A program made the translations under genes and the position numbers. 64,000 nt of DNA, taken from Neodothiora populina. Lineage: Eukaryota. Positions 11,964 to 22,079 of the stretch are shown here, in pieces (position 1 is the first letter of the stretch; each line of letters begins with the position of its first letter). Location of the stretch: the NCBI RefSeq assembly GCF_041146345.1, contig NW_027191417.1:62001-126000 (forward strand). Direction: 5' to 3'. The notes beneath the pieces were generated by a model that was not told the DNA's origin, made no database searches, and saw only the letters and a list, made by a program, of their open reading frames with translations.

Positions 11964-14900
11964 ATGTCGCCCAACAACAGTATTCTTCCCATAGTGGAAT
12001 GTACTATGCCTTCCGATGAGGCTGTGAATGTAGTGCCGAGCTATCCTTCGACAGAGGACGGTCACTCCTCTTCTGTCGTGTCCGTGTCGCAGCCCGTATA
12101 TCAGGAGTCGAAAGGGGTTGCAGATCTGCGGCGATGCGATGTGGTTCGTGATGCAAACGGTCTTCTTGATTACACATTGCTGACTGTGGGGTCCCAGATG
12201 GCCGAATTCTTGCATGCAAGAGCGCAGCGAAATAACTGGCTCGAGAGCTATCACAACGACCTGTTCTATGGCACATCCAACCTTGGAGCCTTTGTGCGTC
12301 GTCCAGATGGCTCCTACTCAACGACATCGCAGGCCGGTGGTCAGATCATGGAAGCTTTGGAGGCTTTGCAGCCACAGATGGCATTCACCATGTCCTTCAC
12401 TGCAATTAGTGTTCTGTTGACTACCCTGGAGGAAGGTCAACGCGTGCTTGAACTGCAGCAGGGCTTCCTGTTGCCTATCCTCGACTCCATTGTCGAGTTC
12501 AGCAGGATCGCCCCAGCTTGTGAAAAGTATATTGGTGCTTGTATCTGCAAACAAGAGCATTTCATTCTTGTTTGGGGCGCAGACCCGAACTCTGTTCTGA
12601 TGAGAGCCGGCGATATGGAGTCTTTGCTTGTTGGAAAGGTGAGACCACTTCTAGGGACATGCCTCTTCGCAGTGCTGACATGTCCAGATCTTCGGTGTTC
12701 CCGTACCACCCATGGATCTTAGCATGCTCGGCCCTTACTCGACAACAATTTCCCGTAGCGCTTCCTCTGCTGGCCAGAAAAGCCCCAGCAGGAAATCAAG
12801 GCCCTCCACCTCAAGACCCACCACCCCAAGAAGTCGCCATTCATCCGCATCCAGAAGTCATCGATCATCATCACGAAAAGCAATCCCGAGGTCTGTGTCC
12901 TTCGGTCAGCCCTTTGATGTTCGAGATGATCCTATGGAGTCGCTGCATATGCCTGTTCCACCATTGCCAGTCTTTTTCCAAACTGAAGCTGGCGAAGCTT
13001 CGTCTTCAATGAACCGAGGCCGGATCATGAGTGCTTCTACTGACGTCGACCCACTTGCCGACCGCATTTCTTCACCAATGAACAGAGGTCGGTTCATGAG
13101 TAATTCTACTGACGTCGACCCACTTGCACCACGGAATCCCACTCGCACCAAGAGTATGCCTCCTGAGATGGTAAGAAGGCCGACTATTGGTTATATCCAG
13201 TCCCTGCAACTCGCCGAAACCGCAAAGGCCCCTCAGCAATTCCCTAGACTTTCGCTGTGGGATCATCGGGTACTCCAAAATGCAGGCATTTCCGTTGGCC
13301 CAGATGGTAAACTAGACGGCGTCATCTCCCACGCTACCCTCAAGAAGATGGGCGTGCTCGAGAAAGCTCTCGAGGTCGAGGAGATGGGTGAGACCAGCAT
13401 CAAGGAGGAAAATGTCATCGTTCCCGATGAAGAGATGCAAAAGAATCAGAAGAGGCCGTTCTTGCTCTCCCACTCGTGGCTTGTCGCAATCGCTGCTGGA
13501 CTGGTGGTTACGCTGGAGTTCTGGACCATTGCTGATTTGATCGGCGGAACTCGCCTCGATGGTGACTGGGCTCGCTGGGCATTGGTAAGTGTTAAGCGAC
13601 CACTGAAGAAGAAAGCTTTACTAACTGCATAACCCAGGTCATCACCATCCCCATGTTCTCACTCTTCAGTTTGTTCTTCATGATTGTTATTTCCGGCTGT
13701 CTTTTCCAGCTGGTTGTACCTGTTGGATGTCTGAAGAAAAACAGCGTCTACTATTCAGCGATAGCTCCCAAGATCTCCGAGCATCCCAATCTCGAACTTC
13801 CCCACATCACGATCCAAATGCCCGTCTACAAGGAAGGCCTGAGTGGTGTCATCATTCCCACCGTCACCAGTCTACTCCAAGCCGTCAGACACTACGAAAG
13901 TTATGGCGGTACTGCTACCATTTACATCAACGATGACGGCATGCAACTGGTCGGCCCCGAACTCCAAGAAGCGCGCAAGACTTTCTACGAACTCAATGAC
14001 ATCGCTTGGTGTTCGCGTCCAGCCCAGTGCACCGAGCCTGGTGAGAAGTTCTTCCTTCGTAAGGGAAAATTCAAGAAGGCTTCGAACATGAACTTCTGCT
14101 TGGATTTCTCTCTCCGTGTCGAGGCCGAATTCATTCGCATGAGAGACGCGCAGTGTGCAGAGGAAGGCATCAGCCACCTTCTGATGCCGCTTGAAGAGGA
14201 AGACGACGTTTACGAGCGTGCAAGAGATCGTGTCATCGAACAGGAGGGCGGCAGAGCACTTAGCGGTGGTGATGTTCGCATCGGAGAGTTTATTCTCATC
14301 ATCGATTCCGACACCATCGTTCCCGAAGACTGCCTGATCTGTGGAGCACTCGAGCTAACCGAGTCACCCGAGGTTGCCATCATCCAGCACGCATCCGGAG
14401 TCATGAACGTCACTGGCAGTCTTTTCGAGAATGGTATCACCTACTTCACCAACCTCATCTACACCAACATTGTCCACTCCGTTGGCAGTGGTGATGTCGG
14501 TCCTTTCGTCGGTCACAACGCCTTCCTTCGCTGGAAAGCCATTCAATCTGTTTCGTACCAAGAGGAAGGCCAAACCAAGTTTTGGTCGGAGTCTCACGTC
14601 TCCGAGGACTTTGATGTCAGTCTGCGTCTGCAGATGGCTGGTTTCATCATTCGTCTCGCAGGTTACCACAAGGGTGGTTTCAAGGAGGGTGTGTCTTTGA
14701 CGGTATACGATGAGCTTGCTCGATGGGAAAAGTACGCCTACGGATGCAACGAGCTTGTCTTCCACCCCTTCAAAGATTGGTGGCGACACGGACCCATTAC
14801 ACCGCTCTTCAGACGATTCCTTGGGAGCAACATCAAGATCACCTCTAAATTCACCATCATGGCTTACATTGGTACCTACTACGCCATCGCCGCCGGACTG

Positions 14901-15416
14901 CCTCTCTCCATTATCAACTATGTACTCCTCGGCCTTGGTTGGCAACTCGACAAGTTCTACCAGAGCAGTTGGCACATTTGGGTCGGTCTCGCAGTCATCT
15001 ACAACGTCGTCTCGCCATTCTCTTTCGCTATGCTCCGTTACCGCACGAAGCAAAAGAGCTACCTCGGAGCACTCTTCGAGTGCGCCAAGTGGCTTCCTCT
15101 GTTTCTGGTCTTCTTCTCCGGTCTGTCGTTCCATTTGTCCAAGGCTCTGTTATGTCATTTCTTCAGCGTCAATATGGAGTGGACCACAACGGCCAAGGAA
15201 GTCGAGAAGACTGGTTTCAGACTCAGCATCATCAGGGTCATCAAGGACTTCAGGTACATGTACATCTTCAACCTCTTCATCGCCGGCGCGATGATCTTCT
15301 TTGCTTTCTGTCCCTTTCCCGCCTGGAGGATCATTGACTTCACCGTTATCATCCCGCTTGTCAACCAGGTCGCTGGACATTTGTTACTTCCTTTCTTTGC
15401 TCTGGGACTCTTATAG
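11964..15416 (+). CDS. Polytopic glycosyltransferase family 2 protein (processive synthase-like), 3 exons, about 1116 aa
   Basis: Exons 11964-12638, 12688-13584 and 13638-15416 join in frame. Two TMs precede the catalytic domain: QMPVYKE, INDDG, KKASNMN, IDSDT, GHNAFLRW, SEDF, ELARWEKYAYG. About 5 C-terminal TMs follow. The start could instead be ATG 12006. Confidence 0.92.
13003..13128 (+). repeat. 69-bp (23-aa) internal tandem duplication in the GT2 linker
   Basis: SSMNRGRIMSASTDVDPLA / SPMNRGRFMSNSTDVDPLA; ATGs at 13009 and 13078; shared core ttctactgacgtcgacccacttgc. Confidence 0.9.
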
Positions 15417-15725
15417 ATTCTGTCCCTCATATTTCTCATAGACTATTCTGTTTCTTTTTATTTCTTTTGTCTTCTCATCACAAAACTACTACTCGATACA
15501 ATAGATAATATCCCATATATTTTGCTGGCCAAAAAAACAAAGAAACATGCCACATAACTCCCGTCTCACTCTCTTCTCTCTCACTTCTATCCCTTCCTAT
15601 CCACATAGGATTCATCTCGCGTGATCGTGAGAAAGCCCAAACCTCGGTTACGGTACGCCTCTGCCGGGACCTGCATTTGCGGTTGAAAAGGTAATACAGC
15701 CGTTTCATCTAGCCCGAAGCTCTAA

Positions 15726-15767
15726 ACGGAAGTACTGTACGGAAGTACTGTACGGAAGTACTGTACG
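15726..15767. repeat. Perfect 13-bp tandem repeat (ACGGAAGTACTGT) x3
   Basis: acggaagtactgt at 15726, 15739 and 15752, followed by acg. Confidence 0.95.
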
Positions 15768-16053
15768 AGCGTAAAAGTACCTATAGTATTTACTAATACA
15801 AGAGTGCCTCAGGTAGAGTACAGTACCTTGACTCGACCTTTGTGGCAAAAGACGGACGGCCGGGCCATGATTCTCGTGCGGGTGCCGATGACTCGGATCC
15901 AGCTCCTTCTCGCCCCCACGTTGTAGCAGGAGTCTACCTGTGATGTGCCTTTACCAATGGTAAGTGAAACGGGGCTAACGCGAGTCTATTGACTGAGCCG
16001 CAAGCCAGCAGCTACCAGCTGACGACCAAGAAAGAGAAGAAAAGAAAAACGAG

Positions 16054-16200
16054 GCCCCGTTGGCTTAGCTGGTAAACTTACTAGTCTTTAAGGTAGTCTT
16101 CTTGGAGTCTTCTTGGAGTCTAAGTGAGGATTGATGGGCGAGAAGCACGAAATCTGACTATCGATGATTTCAGCATGTTTTAGAACGAAACGCCGGGGTT
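16054..16200 (+). pseudogene. Degenerate tRNA-Leu(TAA)-like sequence with an intron of about 62 nt
   Basis: Acceptor GCCCCG/CGGGGT; A-box TGGCTTAGCTGG; anticodon stem TAGTC/GACTA with TT-TAA-G; long variable region; stem TGTTT/AAACG around a 7-nt loop; trailing T-run. The D-stem and B-box are non-canonical. Confidence 0.35.
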
Positions 16201-16538
16201 TTTGCCGCTTTCGTTATGGTGCATGCGCCGCGAAAGGGAAGTAACAATTGTCATTGTCGTCACTGCCTTACTGATACGCCACAGATTTCTTCGAGGTCTG
16301 GACTTGAATTTGTGTCTCATGTTTACCTTTGTTGATCACGGGTTGCACGAGTAATGCCAAAGAGCAAAAGAAAGCAACCTCAAATTATTAACTAGGTTTT
16401 TTTGTCTATGTAATTGTGCTGCTCTATTATCGAGGCAAATGTTACGGCATAAACTTGTAATGTAAGTTTCGAGAGTGAAAGGGTATAAGAAAATAAGAAA
16501 ATGTGAAAGGCCGAGAAAGGTACATGGTAGCCTCTTCT

Positions 16539-17585
16539 CTAGAGGAAGCTGGTCATCGCCATGGACATAGCCACGACAATTCCCCAGCCTGCGAACTTGG
16601 CGAAGTTGATAGGTGATCCGCTGGCGGCGGCGCCCGCCGTGCTGTGGCCGAGATACCAGCTTCCGATGCTCGTCAGTTTGCCCTTGGGGTTCAAGAAAGC
16701 CGCGTTGGGTCCGACGTTGGAAATGTCCGATCTGAAAGCTCCAAAATACGAGTAACGACCGACGAAATCCTGTTCGTCGAGCCACGATGTGCTGTCGTTG
16801 AAGAAAGCCTGGGAATCGAATTGCGAGCAGTTCGCGCAGGCAAATTCCGTGACCCAGATATCGGAGACGTTGGCGTAGGTGCTGTTGACTTGGCTGACGT
16901 GGCTCGAAAGTCCTTCGAAGTTTCCGTACTGAATCCGGGTTAGTATAGAAGAATCAATCCTCAGGACGCATATTGTGGATACTCACCCAATGAACGGGAA
17001 TGAAATCGACCTCGCAAGAAGTGTTGCCAGAAATGGCAGAGCATGCCGTGAAGAAGTCCTGTAACCATTGGTGTCCGCTGGGGCCACCGGTGACTGCTGG
17101 TGCTCCAAGCAGCACGCCATAGTCTCTCTTGAGCGGCTCGAACTGTCGCTTCCATACGGTCGCAGCATCTTGCGGTGATACTCCTGAGCCGCCGGACTCG
17201 GTTGCGTCAGGCTCGTTGAAACCTGAGTGTATATGTAAGTAATGGCATGGATAATCCATAGTCAGAGTAACAGACCTAGCACGTGCGTAATGTTCATGTG
17301 GTCAGTGATCAGGTTCTTGACGGCGTCGTAGAACGACCTATCGTTTTCTGGATCCGCGGGACCTCCCCATAGCTGGGGCACAAACTCGAGTTGTGAAGCG
17401 ATGTATACAGTAGTCGGGAAGGCCTGGTAGTTGTAGTACCATGTGAGGTCGCTGCCCTCGCCGCTCCATATCTTGTCGTCCTTGGAATTGTCCGACGAAG
17501 ATACATAGACGAGTCCCCGCTTGTCAGACGTAGATGCTGAAGCAACAGCCGCAAAAGCAAGCGATGTTAATGCGAGACCCAACAT
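16539..17585 (-). CDS. Secreted, probably GPI-anchored GH128 beta-1,3-glucanase (Asl1-like), 3 exons, about 311 aa
   Basis: Exons 17585-17276, 17222-16987 and 16928-16539. Signal peptide MLGLALTSLAFAAVASA. Motifs KRGL, WYYNY, EFVPQLWG, LGFNEPD (acid/base), VHWY, IWVTEFA (nucleophile), RYSYFG. Hydrophobic C-terminus GWGIVVAMSMAMTSFL. Confidence 0.93.
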
Positions 17586-18098
17586 GCTGTGTTCGGTCTT
17601 CCGGCCTGGTCTTGTGCGATAGCTAATTCAGTCCCCGCGGAAGGCTCAATGGTATTCACTGCACAATGACTTTGTTTATGGTATAGTGACAAGGCAAAAA
17701 GGCGTGAAGAAAAGAACGCCCATCGAAAGCGCAAGGCTATGATATATTAAATACTCCAGATACACGAGAGACTTATCGACGCATGCGGCGAGATGGGCCC
17801 AGAAACCTTATAACAGAAGGGTCCGAAAAAGCCATGGATCAATGTCTATGCGTCGCCAGCACGACTGTGAACCAGCTCCAATTTCCAAACAATCACGTTG
17901 CAACGTCTGATGGGGTCTGTTAGGTGAATGCCGAAAAGGCAGCATAATGTATGGTGGGCCAGTCGACTTGTTAGCAACGGCGGGCTAGAAGCACAATGAA
18001 GTCGTTGAAGTCTTGACCAACGTTTCTTCCCAATTCGTGGTGTGCAGTGCGAACACTCGGGATATCTGCCTCTCGCCACAACACGGAGGTTGCATGGA

Positions 18099-18138
18099 AC
18101 GAGCACTTTTCACAGGATACGAGCACTTTTCATAGGCT
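18099..18138. repeat. 20-bp tandem duplication upstream of GH128
   Basis: acgagcacttttcacaggat / acgagcacttttcataggct. Confidence 0.75.
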
Positions 18139-18765
18139 CACATGCCTTTGCTGGTGGATCAATTTACTTATCGAAAGGATCGAGCCAAAGAATTGTTTCT
18201 CCATGGGTCTCGGCACTTCGCTACAGAACGTCATGAGCACATGACACATCGAGGACAACCTTATCTTGTGACCTGACTCGGTCCATTCCATACTTTGCCT
18301 TACTAAAGCAAGGCAGCTACCGTATACATCTTGTCGTGTTATGACAAGGATAATAATGCCATCTCACCTCGTATCTCTACAACACAAACACGAATATCGT
18401 CAAGTTTGTCCCAGAATAATATCACAGGATGATGACAGGCTCGCTAAGAAGAGATAGGATCGCCTCGTGTTGCCCACGGTATAAATGTCATTATATGCAA
18501 GTCTACATGAATTTACAGAGATGCAGGAGAGACAAGATCGAACCGTATTTCTCGTAACATGAGGTGAACCACATATAATCAAAGGTTTGCTGCAGTAAAG
18601 ATACTTGTATCACGTTTTCTCCAGGAACATCACATCATGTTCCAAGATAGAATCACGAGATCCCGGTAGGTTCATTGGGAAAAGAAAAAGATGAAAGCAT
18701 GTTTCTCGTAACAATAAAACTACATACAACTCAAGAGTCTGGCTGCATCAAAATGTATCCAGTAT

Positions 18766-19557
18766 CTAGACTTGCGAGCGCTCAGACTTCTTCTTTGCGC
18801 TCCAAGGCAGGTGCACCACAGGGACACGGAACCAGAAATTGTCCGTGTCAGCCATTCCAGCGAACATGTTCCACCAAGCCAAGAATGCCGCTGCCATGCC
18901 AAAGGATCCGCCAGCGATCTGTAGTGACGCGGCCGAGGATGACCCTGCGTATTGCTCGCTGAGAGCCAGAAACAAAAAGGCAAGGTCCAGAGTGATGAAG
19001 AGAGCGGAAAAGGCCACCGTCGAACGCAGCGTCAGAAGCATGCATAACGAGGTGAAGATGAACCAGGCCCAGAGGTAGAGTGCAAAGACGTCGTTGAAGG
19101 TCGAGACGCCGGTCGTCTTGTCAACGTAGGAGTCGACGATGCCAAATGCTGGTGTCAGGACGACACCGAATGAGAGCCAGAAACCACCGTAGGATGAAAG
19201 CGCAGTGGCACCGAATGTGTTACCTACTGCCATCTCCCACATACCGGCTAGCAGCTGCACGAGGCCACCATAGCCAAGAGCAAGTGCAACGACCAGGTTC
19301 GGCTCCGTCACATCGAGGGCCTTGAGGTTGATGGCGGAAAGGACAAAGGTCGTCAGAGCAAAGGCTCCGAGACCGAGGGGGGCGGGGTTTCCGAATTTCT
19401 TCTGCGCCGCAATGGGAGCATGTGCAGATGGCTGAAATTCACCACCGTGAGCTGGTAGGAGGGTCGCCTGACGAGCCAGACTCGTGAGGTGCATGGCTAT
19501 AGCCTTCTCGTGGTCGAGATCGCTCGAGGAATCGTGGACAGCATCAGGGTGGCTCAT
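18766..19557 (-). CDS. GPR1/FUN34/YaaH family acetate transporter (AcpA/Ady2-like), intronless
   Basis: ATG 19557, MSHPDAV. Signature NPAPLGL, plus YGGLVQLLAGMWEM and GNTFGATALSSYGGFW; 6 TMs. Confidence 0.95.
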   Translation of the reverse strand: MSHPDAVHDSSSDLDHEKAIAMHLTSLARQATLLPAHGGEFQPSAHAPIAAQKKFGNPAPLGLGAFALTTFVLSAINLKALDVTEPNLVVALALGYGGLVQLLAGMWEMAVGNTFGATALSSYGGFWLSFGVVLTPAFGIVDSYVDKTTGVSTFNDVFALYLWAWFIFTSLCMLLTLRSTVAFSALFITLDLAFLFLALSEQYAGSSSAASLQIAGGSFGMAAAFLAWWNMFAGMADTDNFWFRVPVVHLPWSAKKKSERSQV

Positions 19558-20919
19558 TTTATTCAAGTTACAGGCCAAGATAGAAGACGTGTAGGCTGTG
19601 TGGGATATGTGTGTTCCCGTGTGCACCAAGGGGGACAGGACTTCCTTTAAATCCATTTCGAAGAATAACCCCACAGCCGTAGAGCATCTCATGGGTATGA
19701 AACCTCCGCTGGAGCGGACCAACGTTAGGGAATTAACTCGACACTCATGACTAAACGATTGCTACCCCGTGGCTGGATGATTTGATAATGGACGGCATAG
19801 AAACCAAGCATGTCCGAAGAGGGGGGGACAAGAAAAAATGGCTTTGTGGGGCTCCACAACGACTAATGCTTGCCCCAGAAAAGCTTTTTGCGTCTGAGAT
19901 AGGAGATTGGTGGCTGAGGTCAAGAGTCACAAGATTCCATTGATTTGTGTCGAGGACGGACGAGAGTGATACTTCTTTCGTCCTCGGGGCCTAGACCCGA
20001 CACCAGGACGGGCCAATTCCCGGCGGGGCTCCGCACTTTTACCCCAGGCCAGATCAGCCACCATCACTAATACCTTGACAGAAGACAAGACACACGTCAA
20101 ACCATAGCCCGTAACATACTGTACACCTTTGGACAAAACGCTTACTTTCTATTCATAAGCGAGGGGCCCTTGTTTCCTCGGGACAGTCGTGCGCATCGAA
20201 GGCAGCCCGTGCTCTCATCGAAGGTTTCACGGCTGTAAAGTTCCATGCGGCCGCGGCGATAGTCGTCCGTTGCTTTCTGGAGATACTGTGTTTGACTTGC
20301 CTGTCGTATTAGCTTTACCAGATACGAGACAACACATCGGGACATATATCTACAGATTTGCATACCTTGTAGCTTCATGTTTCGACTGTGTTGCGAGGTG
20401 GCCGAAACTCGACACATTTCGCACAGTCGCCTCTTGATTGTACTGCTGCAGCTACTTGCCTTATTCCCGGCATAACCACAACAGCCTAGAAAATGCTCCG
20501 CCGAGATGTTTCGACAGCCAAAAGTGCTGCCACAAGTAGTATAAGTATCTTGTATAGAACGCCTCGTGCCATCTGCAAGGTGGGGTCATCTAAGGTTCGT
20601 GTCAGACGGTACATCTCAAGCTACGACAAGCATTCATCTACCGTGACCATGTCGATCATGCAAGGCACCAAAGACTACTTCTAACGTCGGACGAGGCCAG
20701 AGGTGAAGTGCTGTGATTTGTGATTCTTTGGAAATGCATTGAAAATCGCTAAAAGAACAACAACAATAAAAATCAACCCTGACTTTGTAACCCACATGAT
20801 CCAGCACTCTCTAATGTAGTGTGACGTTTTATTCTAATATGATATCGACATCTCTCCTGAGCCATGATACATCGCCTTCATAGCTCCACCCCCTCTTCTC
20901 TTTCTTGCTTCGATCTCGT

Positions 20920-22079
20920 CTACTCGGGAGACTTGAAGGTCATACGCGAGTCCTCGCTGGTGGTGAACGGCACACCGAGCTCGAAAAGTCTGACCAAGAC
21001 CTTCTGGAAGTCGGCGAAGAAGGCGTCGTTGTCCTTGGCGTACTTCTCGACATATTGCTTGAAAACCTTATCCTTGATGAGAACCATGTCGGTGGGCAAC
21101 ATCATGAGCGACTTGGTGGCGACATCCTGGAACTGCTTAGGACCGTCCCACTTGCGGTAGGCCCACTTCTCCTCCATCAAGAGCTTGTAGTAGTCGTTGG
21201 TCAGGGTAGTCGGGGAGAAAGTCCAGGGACCCTCGAAGCCGGAACGGTCGGTGTGGCAGCGACCGAGAGCGTGAGCACCGGAAAGAGCGACAATCTCCTG
21301 GTCGTTGAAGCCCATGCGGCCGAAGATGGCACGCAAGTGCTTCTGCTCCTTGGACGCGTCGGGAAGACGACCATCAGGAGTGCAGTAGGAGACGTCGCGG
21401 TCCTGGCGACCGGGTCTCCACGGGATCTTGGGACCCTGCATCTCCTGGATTGCGCAGCAGGCAGCAAGAGTCCAAAGGTCAGAGTAAGAGATCCAAGGGA
21501 ATTGCTCTGGAATGATGTTAGCGGCAATACTGATCAAAAGTTGATGAAGAGCAAAAACATACCCTTGATGGGCTCGAGGAAGTCACGGGCAGCCTGGAGA
21601 CCAGCGTTGGCACCGTGATCACCCTCGGGAGGAAATCTCATGGTGGCACCGTTGCTACCACCAGTTCCAGTGGCGGCATCATAGGTGCCAGACGCGTGCC
21701 AGCCGAGTCTGAGAAGGACGGGACCGTAGCTGCCGTCGTCGTAGTCGTCCTTCTCAACAAGAGCCTTGGCAATCGCATCGTAGACCTTCTGGTAGTCCTC
21801 TTGCTTGGGGGTGAAGATGCCATCGCCACGAGCAATCTTGTCGGCAGTTGCGCGCTCGTACTGACCGAAGCCGTAATAAGCACCAACACCGGCGAGAAGA
21901 GCAACAACACCACCAATGACAGCAGTGTTGCTTCCTCCGTTGGGCTTTGCAGAGTCAGCAAAGCCACGACGGGCCTGCTGGCGGAAAGTGGTCTGAGGAA
22001 CAAAAGTGGCGGTCCTCTTCATGGAAGAGGTGACCGGGGTGCGCATAGCGCGGGTGAAGGTTCTGGCGGCAGAGGCCAT
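20920..22079 (-). CDS. ccp1: Mitochondrial cytochrome c peroxidase, 2 exons, about 367 aa
   Basis: Exons 22079-21563 and 21506-20920. R/T-rich presequence plus hydrophobic sorting signal. Motifs [18 protein letters not shown] (distal), [11 protein letters not shown] (proximal His), GFEGPW, MMLPTDM. Confidence 0.97.

Noticed and set aside
11964..15416. Calling the GT2 Tft1/CelA, Cps1 or chitin synthase, or treating its three ORFs as separate genes
   Set aside because: It lacks QxxRW/QRRRW (it has ELARW), so orthology cannot be asserted. Canonical introns join the three ORFs in frame.
15726..15767. CRISPR-like array
   Set aside because: The units are contiguous 13-mers with no spacers, there are no cas genes, and the context is eukaryotic.
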